From an uncultured Deferribacteres bacterium (GTDB lineage: Bacteria > Zhuqueibacterota > Zhuqueibacteria > Zhuqueibacterales > Geothermadaptataceae), in assembly GCA_964014485.1 (NCBI GenBank), contig CAXHAT010000095.1:1-28338 (forward strand): DNA of 28,338 nucleotides, given 5' to 3'. Below the pieces are notes generated by a model that saw only the letters and a list, made by a program, of their open reading frames with translations, was not told the origin of the DNA and made no database searches. The translations under genes and the position numbers were made by a program. Numbering within the stretch: the first letter of the stretch is position 1; each line of letters starts with the position of its first letter. This document shows positions 10,625 to 19,514 of this stretch, piece by piece.

Positions 10625-11875
10625 ATGCTTAAAAATTATACAAACCGCATCTTTTGTCTTATCGCTTTTTTCGCGTTTGCGGCGGAGAGTTCAGCGCGCA
10701 TTTTGGAAGATTGGCCGCAGTGGCTTGGAACGAATCGCGATGGGCGTTCCGTTGAAACCGGATTATTGAAATCCTGGCCAAGCGGCGGGCCCCAAGAACT
10801 TTGGCGCAAATCAATCGGCGAGGGATTTTCGGGAATCGCGGTCGTTGGAGACCGCGCATTTACCATGGTTGCGCGCGACGGCGATGAATTTGCGATTTGT
10901 CTCAACGCTTCAAACGGCGAAGAGACCTGGAAAACGCGCACAGGTAAAAACTTCCGCATAAGTTGGGGCAACGGCCCGCGCGCCACGCCGGTCGTTGACG
11001 GAAACGTTGTTTATGTCGCGGGCGCCAACGCGAGCCTTTTTGCACTGGCGGCAAATTCCGGTGAAATTCTTTGGAAAAAAGACCTGCGGCAGGAACTGGG
11101 CGGGACTATGCCGGATTTGGGTTACTCAAACTCTCCTCTCATCGTCGACGATCTCTTGCTGATTCCCGTAGGCGGCGGCAGCGGGCGCGGCGTTTACGCC
11201 TTTAATAAAACGACCGGCGAGGTTGTCTGGAAAACGCATACGGATCATCCCGGCTATTCGTCGCCGGTACTCGCAACGATTCACGGCGTGCGGCAGGCGG
11301 TGTTTTTTACCGGGAACAAGATTGTCTCGGTCGCGCCTGCGTCCGGGGAAACGCTCTGGCAATTTTCCTGGCGAGCCATCGGCTACGAAGCCGAGAATGT
11401 CGCCACGCCGGTCTTCGTCTCGTCGAACGAAATTTTCTTTTCTTCCGCTCATGCAGCGACTGACAAAGGCGCGGGCGTTTTGCGCATCTCAAAAAACGGC
11501 GATCGCTTTGAAGCAAAACCCGCCTGGCAAAGCAACGTGATGAAAAACCATTTTTCGACTTCGGTTTTCCACGACGGCTTTATTTACGGCACGGACAAGT
11601 CAATTTTGAAGTGCATCGATTCACAAACCGGCGAGGAGAAATGGCGCACGCGCGGCTACGGCGAAGGCTCGCTCATTTTCGCGGACGGCCATTTGTATAT
11701 CATGGGAACTCGTGGCAAACTTGGACTCGTAGAAGCAACCTCGAGCAACTATCGCGAAAAGTCGTCGTTTCAAGCGGTGCGCGGCAAATCCTACACGCCC
11801 CCGTCGATTGCAAACGGCAGGATTTATGTCCGGAGTCAGGGAGAGATGGCTTGTTTTCTTATTGTAGAAGATTAG
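10625..11875 (+). CDS. PQQ-binding-like (BamB-family) beta-propeller protein, secreted
   Basis: Signal peptide after ATG 10625; DWPQWLGTNRDG, GPRATP, YSSP, repeated GExxW blades, YTPPSIANGRIYVR. Start moved from TTG 10484 of the ORF track. Confidence 0.9.
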   Translation: MLKNYTNRIFCLIAFFAFAAESSARILEDWPQWLGTNRDGRSVETGLLKSWPSGGPQELWRKSIGEGFSGIAVVGDRAFTMVARDGDEFAICLNASNGEETWKTRTGKNFRISWGNGPRATPVVDGNVVYVAGANASLFALAANSGEILWKKDLRQELGGTMPDLGYSNSPLIVDDLLLIPVGGGSGRGVYAFNKTTGEVVWKTHTDHPGYSSPVLATIHGVRQAVFFTGNKIVSVAPASGETLWQFSWRAIGYEAENVATPVFVSSNEIFFSSAHAATDKGAGVLRISKNGDRFEAKPAWQSNVMKNHFSTSVFHDGFIYGTDKSILKCIDSQTGEEKWRTRGYGEGSLIFADGHLYIMGTRGKLGLVEATSSNYREKSSFQAVRGKSYTPPSIANGRIYVRSQGEMACFLIVED

Positions 11876-11954
11876 GCCGAAGGTTTTAGGATGTTAGCAT
11901 CTGTTGGACTGTTCTCTACAATGCTCGACAAAAGCGTTCGAGCAGAATTTTTCT

Positions 11955-11995
11955 AAACGCAGAGACGGAATGGACACTGAGAAGCGCAGAGAAAA
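11955..11995. repeat. ACGCAGAG-type intergenic repeat unit
   Basis: AAACGCAGAGAC...GAAGCGCAGAGAAAA, related to copies at 13241-13287 and 21487-21640. Confidence 0.55.
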
Positions 11996-12104
11996 TTAAA
12001 TTGTAACTGATGTTACGCGCCAGCTTCATAATACAGCAGCATTTTATCAAAGTCATTCGGCGGCGCCGCCCTACCGCCAACCTAATTTCGAGACGCCCAA
12101 AATT

Positions 12105-12228
12105 CTCGTTCCCAATCTCGGGATTGGGAACGCAATTGCACTCGAAACTCCAGTTTCGAGTGAATACTTTGGCTCGAAACTGGAGTTTCGCGCCCATTTT
12201 CATTCCCAAACCGGAGTTTGGGAACGAG
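12105..12228. repeat. REP/MITE-like four-hairpin palindromic element
   Basis: Terminal CTCGTTCCCAA...TTGGGAACGAG inverted repeats; inner CGAAACTCCAGTTTCG / CGAAACTGGAGTTTCG hairpins. Confidence 0.85.
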
Positions 12229-12233
12229 CCGTA

Positions 12234-12404
12234 AACTCGTGGCAAACTTGGACTCGTTGAAGCAACCTCGAGCAACTATCGCGAAAAGTCGTCGTTTCAA
12301 ACGGTGCGCGGCAAATCCTACACGCCCCCTTCGATTGCAAACGGCAGGATTTATGTCCGGAGTCAGGGCGAGATGGCTTGTTTTCTTATTAAAGGCGATT
12401 AGGC
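12234..12404 (+). pseudogene. Orphan copy of the 3' end of the upstream beta-propeller gene (11707-11877)
   Basis: 157 bp with 4 mismatches at offset 527, then a diverged hexamer and shared GATTAGGC including the stop. Translates as TRGKLGLVEATSSNYREKSSFQTVRGKSYTPPSIANGRIYVRSQGEMACFLIKGD* with no start. Confidence 0.88.
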
Positions 12405-12620
12405 TGCAGGCTGATCGTAGCAAAATTCAGGTGGAATCTGAAGCGCAGTTTATTTTAAAAAGCCGTCCGAAATGTCATTCAGGAGGAATCTATTTTGCAC
12501 ACGGCGAACGAACGAACCTTTTTGCTGAAGATTCCGCGAGGCGTTTGACGCCCTTTTATTGCGCATGAAATGTGCGAAAAGTTATACTTCGATTGAATAA
12601 ATTCTCAGGAGCGCAAAACT

Positions 12621-13208
12621 ATGGCAGCAAGAAACGTCAAAACCGCCGTCAAATTGATTGAAGAAGCATGGGCTAAACGCTGGGAAACGATGAAATCGCC
12701 GCCAGATTCGAAAGAAGAATTGCAACGAAACGTCGATGAAGTGCATCAGAATCTTGTCGAGGCGGTTGCAATTTGCCGCGAGACCGGAGCGAAGCGCGAG
12801 TTGGTTCATGCGCTCAGAAAACTCGGTCACGTCGAGCAAGCCGCGGGGCGAGAAGAAGCAGCCCGGGCTTTGTATGAAGAAGCCGTCGCCGTCAGTCGCC
12901 AGCAAGAAGATTCGCTGCTATTGGCGCATTCGGTCAGACATTTGGGAGACGTTTATCGGGAAGCTGGCAAGGCGGCCGAGGCCGAAGCCAATTATAATGA
13001 AGCTTTGGCGCTCTATCGCAAGCACGGGCAGCCGCCTGCGCTCGATTTTGCCAATACGATCCGGCCGATGGCGATCTTGAAAGAAGAGGCGGCAATGATC
13101 GAGGAAGCCAAGAATCTGTGGCGAGAAGCGCGGGATTTATACGAACAAGTCGGCATTGAGGAAGGCGTTAAAGAATGCTCGGATCATTTGGCGCAATTGA
13201 GCAAGTAA
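12621..13208 (+). CDS. Tetratricopeptide repeat protein
   Basis: AGGAG RBS; helical repeats ALRKLGHV...A...YEEAV and SVRHLGDVY...AEAEANYNEALALYR. Confidence 0.85.
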   Translation: MAARNVKTAVKLIEEAWAKRWETMKSPPDSKEELQRNVDEVHQNLVEAVAICRETGAKRELVHALRKLGHVEQAAGREEAARALYEEAVAVSRQQEDSLLLAHSVRHLGDVYREAGKAAEAEANYNEALALYRKHGQPPALDFANTIRPMAILKEEAAMIEEAKNLWREARDLYEQVGIEEGVKECSDHLAQLSK

Positions 13209-13215
13209 CAACAAC

Positions 13216-13352
13216 GGAGTGCAAGGCTTGCCTTGCATTTTTGCAAAACTCCGCGAAGCTCTCCGAACTTTGCGTCTCTGCGTTAAGTTACGAGGTTGAA
13301 TGACCGCACTTAATTTGTTCCGGCTTGAAAGGCAAAGCAAGCTTTGCACTCC
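13216..13352. repeat. GGAGTGC...GCACTCC inverted-repeat element (copy 1) with an internal ACGCAGAG-type repeat
   Basis: GGAGTGCAAGGCTTGCCTTGC ... GCAAAGCAAGCTTTGCACTCC; inner 13241-13287 is nearly the reverse complement of 21487-21532. Confidence 0.82.
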
Positions 13353-13406
13353 TTTTTCATGCCGTCGTTAGCAATTGAACCAAACCAAATCTCACTGAGG
13401 ATAATT

Positions 13407-14627
13407 ATGCGATTGACAACAATATTTTTCATAGGACTTTTGTCACTGCCCGCCTTTGCCGCTGAAAAAAACGCTGACTGGCCGCAGTGGCGCGGGCCAA
13501 ATCGTGACGGCGTTTCGCAAGAAAGCGGATTGTTGAAAAAATGGCCGGAAAACGGGCCGAAACAACTCTGGCGCGTTTCAACCGGCAAAGGCTTCTCCAG
13601 CGTCGTCGTTGCCGGCGGGAAGGTTTACGGCGCATGGGCCAAAGGCAATTATGAAGAATTGATTTGTCTGGACGAAAAGAGCGGCGAACAACTGTGGAAA
13701 CATCGTCTCGGAACCGTTTTTGTCAACGAAATGGGAAGCGGCCCGCGTTCTTCGCCGATTGTCGACGACGGCTTGGTTTATGCTATTGGCGCACGCGGGA
13801 ACCTTCACGCCGTTGACGCGAAAAGCGGAGAAAAAGCCTGGAGCCGAAACTTAACGCGCGAATACGGCACGCGCATTCCGCGTTGGGGCTATTCTTCATC
13901 GCCGTTGGTTGAAGGCAATTTATTGTTGGTTGAATTGGGCGGCAAACGCGGTTACGCTTTCGCCGCTTTCGACAAAAAAACGGGCAACATTGTCTGGCAT
14001 TCAGAAAGCGATCAGCCCGGTTATTCATCGCCGATCGTCATCACAATGCACGGGAAAAAGCAGGTCGTTTTTTTTAGCGCTTACGGCCTGCAAGCCTTGT
14101 CGCTGGACGACGGCAAACTGCTCTGGAAACATTCCTGGGACACAAACTACAATGTCAACGCCGCCATTCCGCTTTTTTATCCGCCAAACAATATTTTGAT
14201 TTCTTCATCTTATGGGGTTGGCGCGGCACTGGTCGAAGTCAACAAAAGCGGCGGGAGATTCGAAACGAAACAGGCGTGGTTTACCAAACGTTTCAAGAAT
14301 CACTTCAATTCTTCCGTTCTGATCGGCGACTATGTCTACGGCTTTGATAATGCAATTTTGAAGTGCCTTGACGTGCGCACGGGCGAAGAAAAATGGAAGG
14401 CGCGCGGCTTCAGCAAAGGTTCGCTCATCGCCGCCGACGGCAAATTGATCGTGCTTGGCGAACAGGGCAGGCTGGCGCTGGTTGAAGCGACGCCCGACGA
14501 GTATCAGGAAATCTCCAGTTTTCAACCTTTGAGCGGAAAATGCTGGTCGTCGCCTTCGCTGGCGAACGGCAGACTTTACGTTCTCAATGAAAAAGAGCTT
14601 ATCTCGTTCGATATTCGCTCGAAATAA
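13407..14627 (+). CDS. PQQ-binding-like (BamB-family) beta-propeller protein, secreted; paralog of 10625-11875
   Basis: GAGGA RBS before ATG 13407; signal peptide ending AFA; DWPQWRGPNRDG, GPRSSP, GYSSSP, KNHFNSSV, WSSPSLANGRLYV. Confidence 0.9.
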   Translation: MRLTTIFFIGLLSLPAFAAEKNADWPQWRGPNRDGVSQESGLLKKWPENGPKQLWRVSTGKGFSSVVVAGGKVYGAWAKGNYEELICLDEKSGEQLWKHRLGTVFVNEMGSGPRSSPIVDDGLVYAIGARGNLHAVDAKSGEKAWSRNLTREYGTRIPRWGYSSSPLVEGNLLLVELGGKRGYAFAAFDKKTGNIVWHSESDQPGYSSPIVITMHGKKQVVFFSAYGLQALSLDDGKLLWKHSWDTNYNVNAAIPLFYPPNNILISSSYGVGAALVEVNKSGGRFETKQAWFTKRFKNHFNSSVLIGDYVYGFDNAILKCLDVRTGEEKWKARGFSKGSLIAADGKLIVLGEQGRLALVEATPDEYQEISSFQPLSGKCWSSPSLANGRLYVLNEKELISFDIRSK

Positions 14628-14692
14628 AAAATTGCTTTGCTATCGTGCCGCCGCATTTTGGACTGTGACTTACAAATTGATATGTTTCTTTC

Positions 14693-14763
14693 GTCATTCC
14701 CGCGCAGGCGGAAATCTTTTGACTTTGAACAACTTTCTGGGTTCCCGCCTGCGCGGGAATGGC
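14693..14763. repeat. GTCATTCCCGC-type palindromic repeat element
   Basis: GTCATTCCCGCGCAGGCGGAAATC ... GGTTCCCGCCTGCGCGGGAATGGC inverted pair. Confidence 0.85.
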
Positions 14764-14812
14764 AGTTTACAAGAAAAACGATTCCAAAAATTTGTAGGAG
14801 AATACCGGAAAA

Positions 14813-16966
14813 ATGAGTTTAAAAATGAACATAAAAAGCGTCTTTTGCACGCTGTTGATTTTAATGATTCCTTCACTAGCGGCGGCGCAAGAAGAGCCGA
14901 TCACGTTTTATGATCACACCGACACGCTCGTTGTTGAGGCGGATCGCGTGATTCAATTACCGACTTACAGCACGATTGCCTCCAAGCTGCCAATTGAATT
15001 GCGAAACACCCCCGCAAGCATCGGCGTCGTCCCGCAATCGCTGTTCATCAACCAGGCAAGTTTCATTTTGAGCGACGCATTGAGCAACGTCAGCGGCGTA
15101 AATATTCAGTCCAATTTTGGCGTGCATGATTTCTTTCTGATTCGCGGATTCAGTTCTGTCGACAACGGCATGGTGATGACGGACGGCGCGATTGAGCCGG
15201 AAGCAATGTATTACCATCTTTACAATATTGAGCGCGTTGAGGTGCTCAAAGGCCCGGCGGCGTTTCTTTACGGCGGCAATCCGATTTCAGGCGTGGTCAA
15301 CCTGACGCGCAAACAGCCGATTTTCACCAATTTTCTCAAAGCCAACGGCTCGTTCGGGCATTTCAATACGATGCGCGGCTCCGTCGATCTTGGCTTGGGC
15401 GACCTCGAATCCGGCTTTGCTTTTCGTCTGAACGGTTTGGCAATGGATTCTGAAAATTATCGCGACGGCACCGACAACCGCAGGCTGGCGATCAATCCTT
15501 CGCTCACTTGGTTGATCAACGACAATACGTCGCTGACGGCCAACATTGAGGTCGTTGACAACGATTACGCTCCGGATTCCGGCGTGCCTTTGATGCGCAT
15601 CAGCCTGGAAGGCCCGCCGATTGTGCCGGATATTCCGCGCACGCGCTCTTACCAATTGCCCGTCGACCGCTCCGACCAAAACGCGCTGCGCTCTCGCGTC
15701 GATTTTTATTCTGAATTGAACGAAACGGTCACGGTTCGCAACAAGTTTTATTACACCGATTTAGACTGGAATTCAGCGGGCACGCTTTTGCTCGGCGTCG
15801 CTCCGGACATTGAAGGCAATCCGACTGTTTTCCGCACGGTGCAAAGCCTTGACGACCGCCAGAAGTTTCTGGGCAATCAACTGGAGTTTTTGCTTAAAGC
15901 CAACACTGGCTCCGTCAAGCACAATATCGTCGCGGGCTTTGAAGCGCAGCAATACAAGGACGATTTTGATCTGCAAATTGCACAAGTCAATCCGGTTCCG
16001 CTGTTCACTGATTTTCAGGAATCGGTCACGAGCCTGGATCAATTGCAATTCGCGCCGTTTGCTGCCGGAAAAGCCAAGAGTACTGTAATAGCCCCGTACT
16101 TTGTCGATCAAATCACGCTGGCCAAGCAGGCGCAGCTTTTCATCGGCGGGCGCTACGACGTGATTGATTACGAAAACAACCGCTCCGATTTCGATTTCAT
16201 GACGTTCATGCCTGTCGCTTCCGTCGACACGCGCGACTACAAAAAATTCAGCCCGATGGCAGGATTGAACATCGCCCCGTCCGAGGATTTTTCGCTCTAT
16301 TTTAGCGCGGGTCAGGCTTTTGCGCCGCCTTCGACTTTGACGCAAGGCGATCCCGAACCGGAGGAAACAACGCAAATCGAAGCTGGCGCGAAAATGCGTT
16401 TTTCCGACGGCAAAGTCCATGCGACATTCGCCGTGTATAATTTGGAAAAGAAGAATATCGGCATTCCCGACCAAACCGGCGTTTTGCAGCAGACGGGCGA
16501 TCAACGTTCACGCGGACTTGAATTTGAATTGCGCGCGCTGCCGGCGGAAAAGCTTTTTACTTCGTTTTCCTACGCCTACACCGACGCCGAACTCACCAAC
16601 TTTACCGAGTTCATCCAAATCAGTCAAACGGCTTTCCAGCTCGTCGATTACTCGGACAATAAATCCCCCTTCGCGCCGGATCACATTTTCAATTTTTGGG
16701 CGACAAAAGAATTGCGTAACGGCATTGGCTTTGGCGGCGGTGCGCGCTACGTCAGCGGCCAATTTATCGATGAAGACAACGCCTTTGAAATCGATCCCAC
16801 GCTCACTTTGAACGGCATTTTATTCTTCAATCAGGGCAATTGGCGCTGGACGCTAAACGCCAAGAACATCACCAATCGCAAAACCTTCGTTCGCGGCTTC
16901 AGCAATTCTTCGGTGATTCCGGCCGATCCTTTCACAATTTACGGCGGCGTTGAATTCTCGCTCTAA
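14813..16966 (+). CDS. TonB-dependent receptor (siderophore-receptor-like)
   Basis: Signal peptide, TonB-box-like DTLVVEA, plug motifs TPASIGVV / IRGF / NIERVEVLKGPAAFLYG...GVVNL, NAKNITN near the C-terminus, terminal beta-strand YGGVEFSL. Start may be 14825. Confidence 0.93.
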   Translation: MSLKMNIKSVFCTLLILMIPSLAAAQEEPITFYDHTDTLVVEADRVIQLPTYSTIASKLPIELRNTPASIGVVPQSLFINQASFILSDALSNVSGVNIQSNFGVHDFFLIRGFSSVDNGMVMTDGAIEPEAMYYHLYNIERVEVLKGPAAFLYGGNPISGVVNLTRKQPIFTNFLKANGSFGHFNTMRGSVDLGLGDLESGFAFRLNGLAMDSENYRDGTDNRRLAINPSLTWLINDNTSLTANIEVVDNDYAPDSGVPLMRISLEGPPIVPDIPRTRSYQLPVDRSDQNALRSRVDFYSELNETVTVRNKFYYTDLDWNSAGTLLLGVAPDIEGNPTVFRTVQSLDDRQKFLGNQLEFLLKANTGSVKHNIVAGFEAQQYKDDFDLQIAQVNPVPLFTDFQESVTSLDQLQFAPFAAGKAKSTVIAPYFVDQITLAKQAQLFIGGRYDVIDYENNRSDFDFMTFMPVASVDTRDYKKFSPMAGLNIAPSEDFSLYFSAGQAFAPPSTLTQGDPEPEETTQIEAGAKMRFSDGKVHATFAVYNLEKKNIGIPDQTGVLQQTGDQRSRGLEFELRALPAEKLFTSFSYAYTDAELTNFTEFIQISQTAFQLVDYSDNKSPFAPDHIFNFWATKELRNGIGFGGGARYVSGQFIDEDNAFEIDPTLTLNGILFFNQGNWRWTLNAKNITNRKTFVRGFSNSSVIPADPFTIYGGVEFSL

Positions 16967-17103
16967 TCGGCGGGCTTGGAAAATCTTGTCACAATGGTCT
17001 CCGTTGTGACGCAGGCCCGGACGCTCTGCGTCCAGCCAACCACGCTTTTTTATTTCACTCGACGCAGAGCGTCGAAGTATGCGGGACCATCTCGAATGGA
17101 TCG

Positions 17104-17383
17104 CACGCGCGATAAAAAGAATGTGGATAACTTGCACCTTGTCCCGAAGGGACAGTCGAAAATAGCCAGCCAATTCATTGGCTGGACTAAAGTTAAGCCT
17201 GATTTTCATAAAGTCCCGTAAGGGACGATTGAAGTTCGGCGTCGTGTAAAAACCTCGGTCGTCCCTGCCGGGACTTCACTCGAAAAAACGGCTGATTCCT
17301 CTCCCGCCAGTCAACTGGCGGGCTATTCTCGACCGTCCCTCCGGGACTGATTTGAGTTATCCACAACCTTTTTATCGCGCGTG
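17104..17383. mobile_element. 280-bp non-autonomous MITE-like element with 29-bp terminal inverted repeats and an 11-bp flanking direct repeat
   Basis: TIR CACGCGCGATAAAAAG(AA/GT)TGTGGATAACT (27/29 match); CGAATGGATCG at 17093-17103 and 17384-17394; no transposase ORF. Confidence 0.8.
17141..17347. repeat. GTCCC-N-GGGAC type REP-like palindrome cluster inside the MITE
   Basis: GTCCCGAAGGGAC, GTCCCGTAAGGGAC, GTCCCTGCCGGGAC, GTCCCTCCGGGAC, plus symmetric AATAGCC.../...GGCTATT hairpins. Confidence 0.8.
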
Positions 17384-17467
17384 CGAATGGATCGGGATGG
17401 TCACGAGATTGCCGTAGTCGGCGGGTTTGGTTTTGACGCCTACCGTAATTGCCTTACTTTCCTGAAC

Positions 17468-17502
17468 TAACTCCGGCAAGGTTTTGAACTCTGCCGGAGT
17501 TA
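17468..17502. repeat. Hairpin palindrome upstream of the symporter genes
   Basis: TAACTCCGGCA-N13-TGCCGGAGTTA perfect 11-bp stem; could be a REP unit, terminator or operator. Confidence 0.6.
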
Positions 17503-17535
17503 AAATATGATCCATTTCTAAAGGAATTCGTGCTC

Positions 17536-17754
17536 ATGAAAAACAAAACGCCGCTGGTGTTATACGCCGCGCTCTTTGTGCTCTACCTTCTCCACAACGA
17601 CCTCTGGTTTTGGGATGACGCATCGTTGATTCTTGGTCTCCCCGTCGGACTTTTCTACCATCTCGGATTTTGCGCCGCCGCTTCGGTGATGATGTATTGC
17701 CTCGTCAACTATGCCTGGCCGCGTCACTTAAAAGAGCTTTCGGAGGAGGACTAA
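17536..17754 (+). CDS. Small two-TM membrane protein (DUF3311-like symporter partner)
   Basis: LHNDLWFW...LILGLPVGLFYH two-helix pattern, 4 bp upstream of an SSS gene; start could be GTG 17530. Confidence 0.78.
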   Translation: MKNKTPLVLYAALFVLYLLHNDLWFWDDASLILGLPVGLFYHLGFCAAASVMMYCLVNYAWPRHLKELSEED

Positions 17755-17758
17755 TCTT

Positions 17759-19243
17759 ATGACCGTGATTGTCATTTTCAGCTATCTGGCGCTTGTATTG
17801 CTTATCGGCGTTGCCAGTAACCGGCTTTTTCGCGGTACCGGCGAAGACTATTTTGTCGCCAGCCGTACGATCGGGCCGTTCTTTTTGCTCATGTCGTTGT
17901 TCGGCACCAACATGACGGCGTTCGCCATCATCGGCGCTTCCGGCGAAGCTTATCACGATGGCATCGGCGTTTTTACGCTGGTCGCATCATCTTCGGCGTT
18001 AATCATTCCGGCGGTGTTCTTTTTCGTCGGCACGCGCGTTTGGGCGCTGGGAAAAAAATACGGCTACTTGACGCCAGTGCAATTCTTCCGCGATCGCTGG
18101 GGTTCCGACGGTCTTGGGTTGTTGCTCTTCATCGTCGTCAACGCATTGTTGATCCCTTATCTGCTGATCGGCGTTTTGGGCGGCGGGATCACGATCAATC
18201 AAATCACGCAAGGTCAAATTCCTGCATGGGCGGGCGCTGCACTGGTTTGCGGCGTGGTTTTGCTCTATGTTTATCTTGGCGGGATGCGCGGCACGGCATG
18301 GGTAAACACTTTTCAAACTGTTGTTTTTATGATTCTTGGCGGCGTGACTTTTTACGTCGTTGTGAGCCAATTGGGCGGTCTTGAAACGGCGATGGGCACG
18401 ATTGCCGCCAGCAACCCGGACTTGCTCGTGCGCGGCCATCACATCCAGCCGATCCAGTTATTGACATACACGTGCATTCCGCTTTCCGTCGGCATGTTTC
18501 CGCACATGTTCATGCACTGGCTGACGGCGCAGAGGGCCGAGTCATTTCGTTACCCGCTCATTTTTTATCCGATGTGTATCGCCGTCGTTTGGGCGCCCAG
18601 CGTTCTGCTCGGCGTGCTTGGCAATATCGATTTTCCCGGATTGAACGGCCCGGCTTCTAACACCGTAATCCTGCGACTCATCACCGAGCATGCGCCAACG
18701 TTTCTTGCCGGCTTACTCGGCGCGGGCGTTTTCGCGGCGATCATGTCTTCACTCGATTCGCAATCGCTCTCCATCGGCAGCATGTTCACCAACGACATCG
18801 TCAAGCATTACGGTTTCCACGACAAGATGAGCGACAAGCAAGTCGTGCTTTACGGCAGAATTTTCGTCGTCGGCATTCTGGTCGTCACATTTATTCTTTC
18901 GCAAATTTCCAACCCGAGCGTGTTTGCACTTTCCGTTTGGTCTTTCTCTGGATTCGCCGCACTTTTTCCAGTTGTTTTTGCGGCGCTGTTTTGGAAACGC
19001 AGCACCAAGTACGGCGCGTTTGCTTCAGTGATAACCGTCTCAGTACTCTGGCTCACATTTTTCATCCAGTCCGGCGGCGACCGGACGTACAAATTGACCG
19101 AAAACGGCGTCATGCCCGTCGCGGCCATGCTCGTCGCCTCAGCGATTGCGATGATCGTTGGCTCGCTGCTCACGCAACCGCCGGAAAAAGAGCGCATCGC
19201 GAAATTTTTTCCTAAAGAGAAGGAGTTGAGCAGCACATCTTGA
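17759..19243 (+). CDS. Sodium:solute symporter (SSS) family protein
   Basis: GGAGGA RBS; EDYFVASRTIG, YLGGMRGTAW, FAAIMSSLDSQ, ALFWKR motifs; many hydrophobic helices. Confidence 0.94.
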   Translation: MTVIVIFSYLALVLLIGVASNRLFRGTGEDYFVASRTIGPFFLLMSLFGTNMTAFAIIGASGEAYHDGIGVFTLVASSSALIIPAVFFFVGTRVWALGKKYGYLTPVQFFRDRWGSDGLGLLLFIVVNALLIPYLLIGVLGGGITINQITQGQIPAWAGAALVCGVVLLYVYLGGMRGTAWVNTFQTVVFMILGGVTFYVVVSQLGGLETAMGTIAASNPDLLVRGHHIQPIQLLTYTCIPLSVGMFPHMFMHWLTAQRAESFRYPLIFYPMCIAVVWAPSVLLGVLGNIDFPGLNGPASNTVILRLITEHAPTFLAGLLGAGVFAAIMSSLDSQSLSIGSMFTNDIVKHYGFHDKMSDKQVVLYGRIFVVGILVVTFILSQISNPSVFALSVWSFSGFAALFPVVFAALFWKRSTKYGAFASVITVSVLWLTFFIQSGGDRTYKLTENGVMPVAAMLVASAIAMIVGSLLTQPPEKERIAKFFPKEKELSSTS

Positions 19244-19259
19244 TTTTGAGGAGTTTATT

Positions 19260-19514
19260 ATGAAGTGGATCGAAATAAAAAAGCAATATCCGGACAAATT
19301 CATTCTTTTGGGTGATCTCGTCGAAGAGCCGGTTGCCAAAAATAAATTCAGGATAGTTGAAGGCAAGGTCCTTAAAGTCAGCGATGATCCAAAGGAAATC
19401 ATGGCCGCGTACCAACAGCTTAATAAAGCCGGTCAAAACGTCCTGTTTTCGCTTCCGACAACACCAAAAGACTTTGTTATCGAAAACGTCCCGTACAAAG
19501 GCGTTCTTAAATGA
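19260..19514 (+). CDS. Small hypothetical protein (DUF5678-like)
   Basis: GAGGAG RBS; MKWIEIKKQYPDKFILL...GKVLKVSDD pattern; ATGA overlap with the next gene. Confidence 0.7.
   Translation: MKWIEIKKQYPDKFILLGDLVEEPVAKNKFRIVEGKVLKVSDDPKEIMAAYQQLNKAGQNVLFSLPTTPKDFVIENVPYKGVLK

Larger units (their letters stand above)
16983..17409. repeat. REP-like four-hairpin element interrupted by an insertion
   Basis: Termini ATCTTGTCACAAT / ATGGTCACGAGAT; inner GACGCTCTGCGTC / GACGCAGAGCGTC pair; same layout as 12105-12228. Confidence 0.7.

Noticed and set aside
11707..12404. Diversity-generating retroelement VR/TR pair
   Set aside because: Mismatches are not adenine-specific in either copy and are mostly synonymous; no reverse transcriptase in the window.
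12473..12540. Possible degraded GTCATTC...GGAATCT/AGATTCC palindromic repeat
   Set aside because: Only a 7-bp inverted match is clear; too decayed to call.
11916..12568. ORFs 11916-12275, 12010-12234, 12082-12423 and 12218-12568
   Set aside because: They run across palindromic repeats and off-frame through the duplicated gene tail; no coding signature.
17122..17365. Replication origin (oriC)
   Set aside because: Only two boxes, explained by TIR symmetry; no box cluster, unwinding element or dnaA/dnaN neighbours.
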